Shown here in pieces: positions 1 through 9,041 of a DNA stretch of 64,000 nucleotides. The position numbers and the translations under genes are program-made. This DNA is from Diplonema japonicum (Eukaryota > Protista > Euglenozoa: Diplonemea). The notes below the pieces were generated by a model. That model was not told where the DNA came from, ran no database searches, and saw only the letters and a program-made list of their open reading frames with translations. Where the stretch lies: positions 1-64,000 of the forward strand of contig OZ025689.1 in the NCBI GenBank assembly GCA_964019335.1, read 5' to 3'. Position 1 is the first letter of the stretch. Each line of letters opens with the position of its first letter.

Positions 1-1170
1 GGTTGCGGGTTTGCGGGTTTGCGGGTTTGCGGGTTTGCGGGTTTGCGGGTTTGCGGGTTTGCGGGTTTGCGGGTTTGCGGGTTTGCGGGTTTGCGGGTTT
101 GCGGGTTTGCGGGTTTGCGGGTTTGCGGGTTTGCGGGTTTGCGGGTTTGCGGGTTTGCGGGTTTGCGGGTTTGCGGGTTTGCGGGTTTGCGGGTTTGCGG
201 GTTTGCGGGTTTGCGGGTTTGCGGGTTTGCGGGTTGCGGTTTGCGGGTTTGCGGGTTTGCGGGTTTGCGGGTTTTGCGGGTTTGCGGGTTTGCGGGTTTG
301 CGGGTTTGCGGGTTTGCGGGTTTGCGGTTTGCGGGTTTGCGGTTTGCGGGTTTGCGGGTTTGCGGGTTTGCGGGTTTGCGGGTTTGCGGTTTGCGGGTTT
401 GCGGGTTTGCGGGTTTGCGGGTTTGCGGGTTTGCGGTTTGCGGGTTTGCGGGTTTGCGGGTTTGCGGGTTTGCGGGTTTGCGGGTTTGCGGGTTTGCGGG
501 TTTGCGGGTTTGCGGGTTTGCGGGTTTGCGGGTTTGCGGGTTGCGGTTTGCGGGTTTGCGGGTTTGCGGGTTTGCGGGTTTGCGGTTTGCGGGTTTGCGG
601 GTTTGCGGGTTTGCGGGTTTGCGGGTTTGCGGGTTTGCGGGTTTGCGGGTTTGCGGGTTGCGGGTTTGCGGGTTTGCGGGTTTGCGGGTTTGCGGTTTGC
701 GGGTTTGCGGGTTTGCGGGTTTGCGGTTTGCGGGTTTGCGGGTTTGCGGGTTTGCGGGTTTGCGGGTTTGCGGGTTTGCGGGTTTGCGGGTTTGCGGGTT
801 TGCGGGTTTGCGGGTTTGCGGGTTTGCGGTTTGCGGGTTTGCGGGTTTGCGGGTTTGCGGGTTTGCGGGTTTGCGGGTTTGCGGGTTTGCGGGTTTGCGG
901 GTTTGCGGGTTTGCGGGTTTGCGGGTTTGCGGGTTTGCGGGTTTGCGGGTTTGCGGGTTTGCGGGTTTGCGGGTTTGCGGGTTTGCGGGTTTGCGGGTTT
1001 GCGGGTTTGCGGGTTTGCGGGTTTGCGGGTTTGCGGGTTTGCGGGTTTGCGGGTTTGCGGGTTTGCGGGTTTGCGGGTTTGCGGGTTTGCGGGTTTGCGG
1101 GTTTGCGGGTTTGCGGGTTTGCGGGTTTGCGGGTTTGCGGGTTTGCGGGTTTGCGGGTTTGCGGGTTTGC
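1..1170 (+). repeat. Tandem array of the octamer GGGTTTGC (telomere-like, G-quadruplex-prone); runs off the window edge
   Basis: Directly visible. Near-perfect 8-nt period, with occasional 7- and 9-nt variants mostly at ~230-830 and an abrupt end at 1170. The three 'RVCGFAGL' ORFs are artefacts of this repeat. Confidence 0.97.
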
Positions 1171-1782
1171 CCGGTCGTGCCTCGCAATCCTGGCGTTGCC
1201 GCATCCCTGGGCATGGTCACCCCATACGTCCATCCCCTCAGTCTTGCACCTCGGGTCGTGGCAGCTCTCACCCTGCTTGTAGACCGGAGCCCCCAACCAC
1301 CACTTGATCAGAGCCCCAAACTCGTTGTCCGACAGCTGGTTGTAGAAGTCAGGCGTCGCCGTCAACCACGCCCCCGCATAGTGCATTGACTCCGACATCA
1401 ACCTCGCTCTCGAGCGTGCATCTGCTTTCGCCAAGAGGTCCTCCAGCGCCTTCTCATCAAGCACCCTAGAGAGCCACCTCTGGCTGCAGATGTGGGGGGC
1501 CTTGGCCACCATGTCGGGTGTAATCTGCATGCCGCCCTTCGTCCTGTTGAACCACTCGAGCCAGCTCCCCCATACACCCCCTTCCAGCCCATGTTCGTAT
1601 TTGGGATCCAGCTCCTTGCACAGCTTCATCGTCGACGCCCTCGAAGCCATGTTGGCCGCGCGCAGGTGCTCCTGGCAGCTCCTCATCCCAAGCCCACCGA
1701 CTTTTACGGACAGTTTCGCCTGCTGCCATTCTTTCGACCCGTTCTCGAACTGCATGCCGCACACCTTCGACATCGTCTTCCG
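1171..1782 (-). pseudogene. C-terminal part of retrotransposon ORF2 (thumb, CCHC zinc knuckle, start of RLE endonuclease); not in the ORF track
   Basis: My translation, open throughout: KTMSKVCG...QAKLSVKVGGLGMR...AGAWLTATP...EFGALIKWWLG...CHDPRC...DVWGDHAQGC..RIARHDR. It then runs straight into (CAAACCCG)n, and the PD-(D/E)xK core is absent. Confidence 0.88.
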
Positions 1783-2580
1783 TCTTCAGCCACTAGGTGA
1801 GGTCCCATCATCAGTGAGAATGTCCCCTTGGGCACTCCCAAACTCATCTGAATCAGTACTGCTCATCTGAGCTTTCATGCCACCAAAAACTGGTTTCTGT
1901 TTTTGGAGGTTAATCTAGGGGCCATAAGTGATTTTCAATGGAAAAGAAATTGAAGAACTAGGTCATTCTGTGCAAGGGTAAGGGTCTATGGTACTTAAAA
2001 TGCCTATACAAAAATTTTAATTTTTTGATTGCTAGATATCTAGCACTTCATCCTTTAATGGTTAATGAGATTTTTGGAGTTGAAGTGAAAAAATGTACCC
2101 AACCCCTTCAATTTTTTTTTAGAGATGGGGTATTTTGACTGTTTTTAGCCATCTGAGGCCATTCCAGCCCTTAAAAGTGGGAATAAGTGATTTACTTCCC
2201 CTTAAAATGCCACACTGAAATAGCTATCCCATATTACCTTGGGGAAATCCCCAACAAAGCTGGCACACCACATGCATTAAGGACACAATGCAAAATGCAG
2301 AAGAAGAAGACAATAACACCACACAACAACTCAGCCAAGGCACCCCCTGTAATCAGGTGGGCAGTCTGGTCTGAGGGGTCTGGCTGGTCCACCCCACAAA
2401 CCACCCCAACACTGTGAATTTTCGAGGTGGTGTGTTGTGACTTATTTTACACCATGTATGGCATACCTGACATTGCACACAATGTATGCAACACAGGGTG
2501 CACAACACAGTGCACAACATGGCATGTGTTTTATAACATGTACCACTATACTGCACAGGGAAAAGCAGGTGGTGTTGAGA
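1783..2580. mobile_element. ~0.8-kb composite insertion of repeat fragments interrupting ORF2
   Basis: AT-rich block between ...HRFDEM (~2582) and KTMSKVCG (~1779). It contains pieces homologous to 12433-12706 and 17811-17870. Boundaries are uncertain by a few nt. Confidence 0.8.
1843..2065. mobile_element. Partial copy of the TTAA-flanked (piggyBac-like) non-autonomous element
   Basis: Ends in TCCTTTAATGG-TTAA (2051-2065), carries the palindrome GCTAGATATCTAGC, and aligns with 12433-12632. Confidence 0.75.
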
Positions 2581-4661
2581 TCCATCTCGTCGAACCTGTG
2601 CATGACCCCTCCCACATGCGAGTCTGGGACCACTCTCATGTAAAACACCAGTTTGCTGTATGAGCTGCAATACCGGAGAAGTGTGTACCCTGTCTGCCTC
2701 CCCACCTTGGTCAGCATGTCGAAGTTCTCTTCCAGCGCGTCCAAGCGTTTGTTCAGAAAGGCTTGCGTGTACTCCGGCGATCCTATCGGCGCCCCCAGGA
2801 GCATGAAGTTCCTCTCTTTGTGGAAATTCTCTTCTGTCAGGCCATCGAAGCCTGTGTCCTCCACTGTCTGGGGGAGGTCGCCACTAACCCATATGAGCTC
2901 GCACTTCTGGGGTTTCACTTTCAGCCCTATCATCCCGCTCAGCTCACACAAGGTGTTGTACGCCTTTCTCACTTCATCCACATTCCCCACAAGGACGCCA
3001 TCGTCCAGGTAGAACTGGAGGATGTCCAGGTTGCAGTCTTCACTTATCTTGTTCACCAGGGGTTGGATGGCCAGAGAGAACAGCAGCGGTCCCATCGGGT
3101 CCCCCTGTTGCACCCCTTCCTGGGACTTAATCACCTTTCCGTTGTAGTATAATTGGGAGGGCACCCTGTAGCACCAATCGGCCCACGCATACAGCCCCGA
3201 CGCTTGCTCATAGGCCTGTGAGCACAGCTGCCTCCGACAAACACTGTTGAAGGCGTTGGCGTAGTCGATCTTGAGGATCACCTTGTTTTCCTGCTTGTTG
3301 CCCCGTTCCCTGTCCACATACTGCCTGATGGTGTGTATAGCCGCCTCCATTCCAGCAGGGACCGATACCCCCACCTGGCCGCCTTTCTTCAGGTACGAAG
3401 AGGCCACTTCCGGAGCGATCTTCTTCACAAGGGATTTCCCCACCAGCCGACGCAGCACATCCCCAACGGCTATGGGCCGCACGTCCCTGTCGTTCTTCTT
3501 GAGGGCCACAAGGTTCGCCCCTGCCATCAGCGGAGCCACCTCCCTAGGGGCCGTGCCTCTAGCTAATGCGTTGACTGCCCTCGTCACCGACATCAAACAG
3601 CCTTGAGACTCAAAAGCTCCGTCCACCGCGTCCTTGATGTGCTGGGCTCTCAGACCAGTCGGTCCCGCAGCAGTCCCCCTCGGGAAGTCCCTGATTGCGT
3701 CCAGCACTTCTTCCGGCAAGACTTCTACCGCTTCCTTCGTCTTCGCCGGGTTGTCCCATTGGGGGTGTAGTGGCTCTGGATGTTTGCTCTGCAGCGCTCT
3801 CCAGCAATCCTCATTGTCTTCCGCCAGCCCCTGGGCTACAAGCGCCGCGTTTCCTGCCGAGAACCTCCCTTTGCTGCACAGTTCCGTGGCCCTGGCGACC
3901 TTAGAGACCTCGTCGTTCTTAGGTTCCCCCTTCTCACCTGATTCCAGCTTATTCCAGAGGGCCATGTAATTTCCCTTCTCCCACTCCTCCAATCTGGCCT
4001 GGACACTCAGCTCCGTCTCCTTGTCCCGCTTCTTCCCTCCCCTCTTCTTCCACAGGCAGGCTTTGGGGAGCATCGCCACCAGCAGCCAAGCCTCCTCTGT
4101 GTTGTCCTTCACCGCCCGGCCCAGAGTGTGCTTAAGGGTAAGCCCCCACAGTCTTTGAAGGCTCGTCGGGATCGACCCCATGGTCGTGACGTTCATGGCG
4201 GCTATGGCTTCCAGGCTGGGTAACTCGGTCCTCGTCGGGGCCGGCGGGGGGGTCGTGTATTCCCCTTCCCTTCGCACCGCCTTTTTGCACTCGTCGTGGC
4301 ACCCCTGACCCTTCCACACACAGCCCCTGCACACCAGGCACCTCTCGAGGTCCAGTCTCCTCAGAACGCTCTCCGGGATCTCATCACTCTCCAGGTGCCC
4401 ATCCAGGTGACACTTCCATACCCTTGTCGAGTTGAACGGGGTCGTGCTTTTGCACTTCGACCTAGCGCAGTTCGCCACCGGACAGTACAGGAATTGTTGG
4501 TTCCTTGCCCCCATCTGGTCCAACACCCCTGCCTTCCCGTACCCAGGGATCGCACGGTCTATTATGTCCCACTCCCCGATGTCCTCACCCGGGGCCTCGG
4601 AGGGTTGCTTACCTGCCTTTTGTAGAGCAACCGATTGGGACTCATCAAGGAGCATCATCAT
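2581..4661 (-). CDS. Retrotransposon ORF2, N-terminal and RT part: Cys/His zinc fingers plus reverse transcriptase
   Basis: Part of track ORF 2442..5162. Likely start at MMM (4661). CPVANC...HLDGH and CLVC..CHDEC motifs; YLDD at ~3000-3011; QGDP at ~3098-3110. Confidence 0.9.
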
Positions 4662-7600
4662 CGACTCCTCCTCTCGACTGCATACTCGTAGTGGTTGCCG
4701 TTGTACGCCAGCACCACCACCTTCTCGTGGTCGGAGTTGTACTCCCCTATCATCAGGACTGGGTTGTTCCCCCCAGCAACCACGAGTATCGTGCGGCCAA
4801 ACGCTTGTGCTGCGGCTGCCAGGCACAAGTGGTCTCCCCACGTCGCCGCTGTGCCCATCCCTTCCAAGTACCGGTCCCAACCCTCGCTGCAAAACGGGGC
4901 ATAGTGCTCCTCCCGGTGTTTCATCCATTCTACAACCTCGCTCCTGATGTGGGTGTGGTCCCCGTAGGCTTCCCCGAGCGAACCGGCCAGGGCGTGGAAC
5001 ATGCAGTTCCCGTCCTTCTCCGTCGATCTCCTCGTCAGCTTGAAGCTCTTCATGATCTCGTCCACTGACTTGCCGGCCCTGGGTTGTTTGTCGGGGTTCC
5101 ACAGATTCCGCTGCCTGTGTAGTGCACAGTGCGTCTGGTTCGACGAGCACGCCGCAGCACACGTTCCACAGAGGTTCACCTTCATGTTCCTCGCCTGCTC
5201 TTGTTTCACAAAATGATGGTGGACCGCATTGAGGTGTTTAACTAGACAGCTTGCCACACTGGTGCGGAAAGAGCAGCCTTCCATCCGGCATTGATGTTTG
5301 TCTGTTCCTTCTTTTTCCCCCTCCTTCTGCGCCTCCGTGTGCTCATCATCCAAATCCATGGGGGGAGGGTCACCACCTCCTTGCAACGCGTCCCCTGCCA
5401 GCGTCAAGTCCGCAAAGGGGTCCAGGTGTTCGGCCTGAAAGAGCTTATCCTCCGTCTCGGCTCGTTCCTTCGCCGCTTGCTTGGCGTCCTCCTTCTTTTT
5501 TCTGCGTCTTGAGCTTCTAGGCGGGCCCAAGTACACCGGCAGGTAGTGACCTCTCGATCCGCGTCTTGTCTTCCTCAGCTTTACCGGTCCGAATCTCTGG
5601 GTCGGGTCAGCACCAGCTTTCCCCACCATCACTTCCGACATGGCCCAGAGCGACATCAGCCCCCCTATCCAAACTGAAGTGCTTCCCACCAGAGTGCCCC
5701 CTACTGCTAGCCAAGCGAGCTCCCCGGCGGACCATTCATCCCCTCGGGGCCCCACCTGTACCCTTGACCTGCGGGTGGTCCTCCTGTCGCTCCCCGGCCT
5801 CTTCCACAACACTGCCGCATGCAGGAAGGAGGGGGCCATCCCGATGCCCGCCCCCAGCACCTGCCTCACCCCTGGGATCAGCAAGAGGGAGACCAGGGCG
5901 ACCCAGGCCCACGCCCCCAGGTGCTCCCATCTCACCCCTTCCTTGCTGTGTCCCGTCCGTCTGCGGTGCCTCCTTGTGCCGGTTGCAGCCCCAGGTGCCG
6001 GGATTCTGGGTGCCAGGGGTTGGGCCCCAGGCGTTCCCACCTCGGTCCGCTTCAGCCCCATTGCAGGGTCATCTGGCTTCTGTTCCAGGGCGGTCTCGTG
6101 TTCCTCTCTGCGGGCCCTCCTCCTCCCTTCTTTCCTCGCACGACGGTGCCTTTTCTTCTCCTGTCTGGCAGCCTCCCTCGCCCCCTCCCTCGCCTTGGTC
6201 CTCTTCTCCCGACGCCTCTGAAGGGCCGTTTCGCTCCTGTGCCTCCTCCTGTTCTTCTTCCTCTTGGGCGCTGGCTTAGGTTCCCTGCCACCCATGGCAA
6301 TCCAGGGGGCTCTTTTCTGTCTTCTCACAAGGGTGTGCAGTGGTGCTCTCACGTCGCTCGCAGCCTCCGCTCCAACCACACCTTGGCAGGCGGTGGGGGT
6401 GGGTGCTGGGTCCCCCTGGTTGTTTGAAAAGAAAAAAGGTTCCTCCTTGTTTGTTTTTTTTTTTTCTTTCCCTTCCACCCTCAAAAAAAGCCCCCGGCCC
6501 TTGGGGACCAGGGTGTACACCTCCGTAGAGGGTCCAGAAAAAATGGGGGGCAGAGAGGGAGGGGCACTACCTTCTCTTGGGCGTGCTGTCTCTCCCTCTG
6601 CCTTTTTTTCCTCCAAAGAGGGTCTGTTTTTCACCTCCGTGGAGGGTCCCTCTGGAGAGGGCTCTATAAAAGAAAAAGGGGGGGACGAATGGGGGGGAGG
6701 AACACTACCCTCTCTCGGGAGTGCCACCTCTTCCCCTCTCTCTCTGTTTTCCTCCGAAGAGGGTCTGTTTTTTACCTCCGTGGAGGGTTCCTCTGGAGAG
6801 GGCTCTAAAAATGAAAAAGGGGGGGACAAATGGGGGGGAGGAGCACCACCCTCTCTCGGGAGTGCCACCTCTTCCCCTTTCTCTCTATTTTCCTCCGAAG
6901 AGGGTCTGTTTTCCTCCGAAGAGGGTTCTAAAAAAAAAAGGGGGGCGGGTGGGGCACTATCCTCTCTTGGGAGTGCCACCCCCCCTTGCCCACAAAAAAG
7001 GGGATCTAAAAAAGGGGGTTCGTCTGTTAACCCAGGGGATGGGTCTTCCTGGGGTGTGCGGGTGAGCTTGGGGCCTACCGCACGCAGGGTGATCGACACC
7101 CTGACACCAGTGGACATCCCGGACGGGATGTGGTGCGTCCACTGGTGTCTCGCTTCACCTTCCAACAATGCCCATGAGAAGGGGGGCACCAGGTATTTCG
7201 CCACCCTGTCCCCCCTCCTCATGACCATTGTGGTCTCGGCTCCGTACGAGAGGACTAGGACAATCGGTCCCAGCCTCGCGTCGTCCTTGTGGGCGGCAAT
7301 CCCACAACCAGACTTGTACTTGTTGACAAGTACCTGGTTGGGGACCACCTCGAGCCGCGGCGGCCACCTCCCTCACCCACCCCTCCACCCCCCCTGGGAT
7401 CCCCGTGGTGGGGCGCACCTTGGCGTTCGTCCCCTCCCACCGGTACCCGTATTGGAGGGTCTCCCTCCCTGAGTTCCCAGACAGGGCCTCCCACTTTCCT
7501 GAAAGCAGGGCTTTCGGGAAGGCAGGGGCCGGGCCCGTCCTCAACCCGGGAGGGTGTTCACCATACACCAGTACCCACCCCTTTTTTTCTCCCTCTTTTC

Positions 7601-7973
7601 TTCCCTCTTCAACAATAGCAGGGTCGGCTGCAGGGGTCGTGGTCGCGGCGGTCGTGGCTGCAGCAGGGGCGGCTGCGGCGGTCTCAGTTGCGGCGATCAG
7701 GGCGGCAGGGTCGGCTGCGGCGTTCAGGGCGGCTGGGGCGGCCGTGGCTGTAGCAGCGGCGGTCAAAACCGCGGTCTCTGCTAGTGATTTTTTTATTTTA
7801 TTATTTTTTTTTTCTAAAGGGGGGTGGGGGGATCTAGGGGGTGGGGATTCATACTGCCCAACCAGATTGCCTGGTTGGGTGGGTCTCGGCGCGTGCTGCG
7901 GGCTGCGGGCTTGCTCCTGCGGGCTGCGGCTGCGGCTGCGGTCACCTCCTCCTGCGAGTCGTCTTGGATCCAT
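4658..7973 (-). CDS. Retrotransposon ORF1: low-complexity N-terminus, AlkB-like 2OG-Fe(II) dioxygenase, Pro/Glu repeats, basic region, hydrophobic segments, C2H2 finger, OTU-like cysteine protease; one frameshift at ~7350-7372
   Basis: ATG at 7973 (MDPRR, after an A-run). AlkB motifs RETLQYGYRW / NQVLVNKY..G.GIAAHKD / WTHHIP / RVSITLR. Finger CRMEGC..KHLNAVH. OTU motifs DGNCMFHAL..WGDH..NHY. Joins track ORFs 7155..8135 and 4658..7348. Confidence 0.82.
6510..6990 (-). repeat. In-frame tandem repeat, ~3.5-4 copies of 111-141 bp, inside ORF1
   Basis: Recurring EEVALPREG.APPP..PPFSF.EPS.E.PSTEVKNRPS units; GTGCCACC anchors at 6721, 6862 and 6973. Confidence 0.9.
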
Positions 7974-8142
7974 TTTTTTTTTTTTTTGTTTTATAGTGTG
8001 TGTTGGGGGGGAGGGGATCCTTTCGTTGAGCGGCGGGCAGGCCGACGGGCAAAACAACCCCCCCGGACGACGGCGACGACGGACGACGGACGCAGCGGCA
8101 AACCCAGGCAGAGGCGGCAGGCACCAGCAGAACACGAACGAC

Positions 8143-8180
8143 CAATAAAGTACAGAAACTGTAGCTTTAGAATCGTTGGT
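8143..8180 (-). other. Spliced-leader (mini-exon) sequence, diplonemid type, 38 of 39 nt
   Basis: Minus strand reads ACCAACGATTCTAAAGCTACAGTTTCTGTACTTTATTG. This is near-identical to the diplonemid SL as I recall it (AACCAACGATTTAAAAGCTACAGTTTCTGTACTTTATTG) and contains the euglenozoan core CAGTTTCTGTACT. It is followed by GTCGTT, not by a recognisable SL RNA intron. Confidence 0.92.
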
Positions 8181-8699
8181 GAAGAGGTCGACCTGCAGTC
8201 AGCGTCTTCTCCTCCCGGCGAGGCTGCTTCGAGTCCTGCTCCCGCTTTCCCTTGTGTTCCACCCTCCGCCGCTGCTGCTGCATTCGGGCGTCCACTGCTC
8301 CAGAAGGGCATCCAGCTGGTGGGCCACCGTGATTGGGGGTCCGCCTCCCTGTCCCTTCACTTCCCTCTCGGATGACTCCTCAGCTTCGGTGGTTTTTTCA
8401 TTGCCGAAGGAGTCCTCTGTGAGGTCAGTGTTGGATTCAGTGTTGGGTTTTCCTCTTCGCCGTCCGGTACCGGGGGCCCGGGATCCAACTGTACAGGCCC
8501 TTTGACTAACAGCGCCCCTGCTATCGATCTCATCATGGCCGTTGACACCTCTTGGACACCTTCGACGCAGCCCTCTAAGAAGTAGCCTTGGTTACCCGGG
8601 CTGTCTTTTTTTTTTCCTTTCAAGCTGCCTATTGTTAAGGACATGCATGCGCAACCTTGTTGAGCATTAATGAAACATAGGGGACCCAATCGGGTTATT

Positions 8700-8965
8700 C
8701 ATGAAACTAAGGGGGGGTTTTTTGAGCATTTTGAAAACTAAGGGGTTGACTTTGAGCGGTTTCCCACCGTAGGGGCCTAGTTAGGGCATTTGAAAACCTG
8801 AGGGGGCGGACTTTGAACACTTTGGAAACTTAGGGGGCGGGATTTGAGCGTTTTGAAGACTTAGGGGCTTTGAGCATTTCGGAAACCTAGGGGGTGGACT
8901 TTGAGCATTTTGGAAATCTAGGGGGCGGAATTTGAGCGTTTCAGAAACTTAGGGGTCGAGTTAGG
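8700..8965 (+). repeat. Degenerate ~30-bp minisatellite, ~8-9 units, with TAGGGG core
   Basis: Units resemble ACTTTGAGCATTTTGGAAACTTAGGGGGCGG. Confidence 0.85.
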
Positions 8966-8974
8966 ACTCTACCC

Positions 8975-9041
8975 TTTTTTTATTGGGTGTGTGTGTTGGG
9001 GGGGGGGGAGGGGATCCTTTCGGTGCGCGGCGGGCAGGCGA
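8975..9041. repeat. Diverged direct-repeat copy of the retroelement 5' UTR segment at ~7985-8043
   Basis: Both read T-run, GTGTGTGTTG, G-run, AGGG(G)ATCCTTTCG.TG.GCGGCGGGCAGGC. Confidence 0.85.

Larger units (their letters stand above)
1171..8180 (-). mobile_element. Non-LTR retrotransposon, CRE/SLACS-like (RLE type), with SL at its 5' end and AlkB and OTU cargo; 3'-truncated and interrupted
   Basis: RT motifs RPIAVG, KIDYANAFN, GVQQGDPMGPLLF and YLDDG; thumb motif GGLG; AGAWL; CCHC knuckle and RHD; SL at 8143-8180 marks the likely 5' end. Confidence 0.9.

Noticed and set aside
1-1170. Ordinary left-end telomere
   Set aside because: Strand polarity is opposite to a canonical telomere, so it is kept only as telomere-like.
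3-1389. Three long + strand ORFs (RVCGFAGL repeats)
   Set aside because: They are translations of a stop-free octamer repeat.
4662-5162. N-terminal 167 aa of the 906-aa RT ORF
   Set aside because: It overlaps the OTU-coding frame of ORF1; the real ORF2 more plausibly starts at 4661.
8143-8180. Intact SL RNA gene
   Set aside because: No GTATG-type SL intron or tandem array, and the first nucleotide is missing.
8700-8965. CRISPR-like spacing of ~30-bp repeats
   Set aside because: No unique spacers, no cas genes, and a eukaryotic context.
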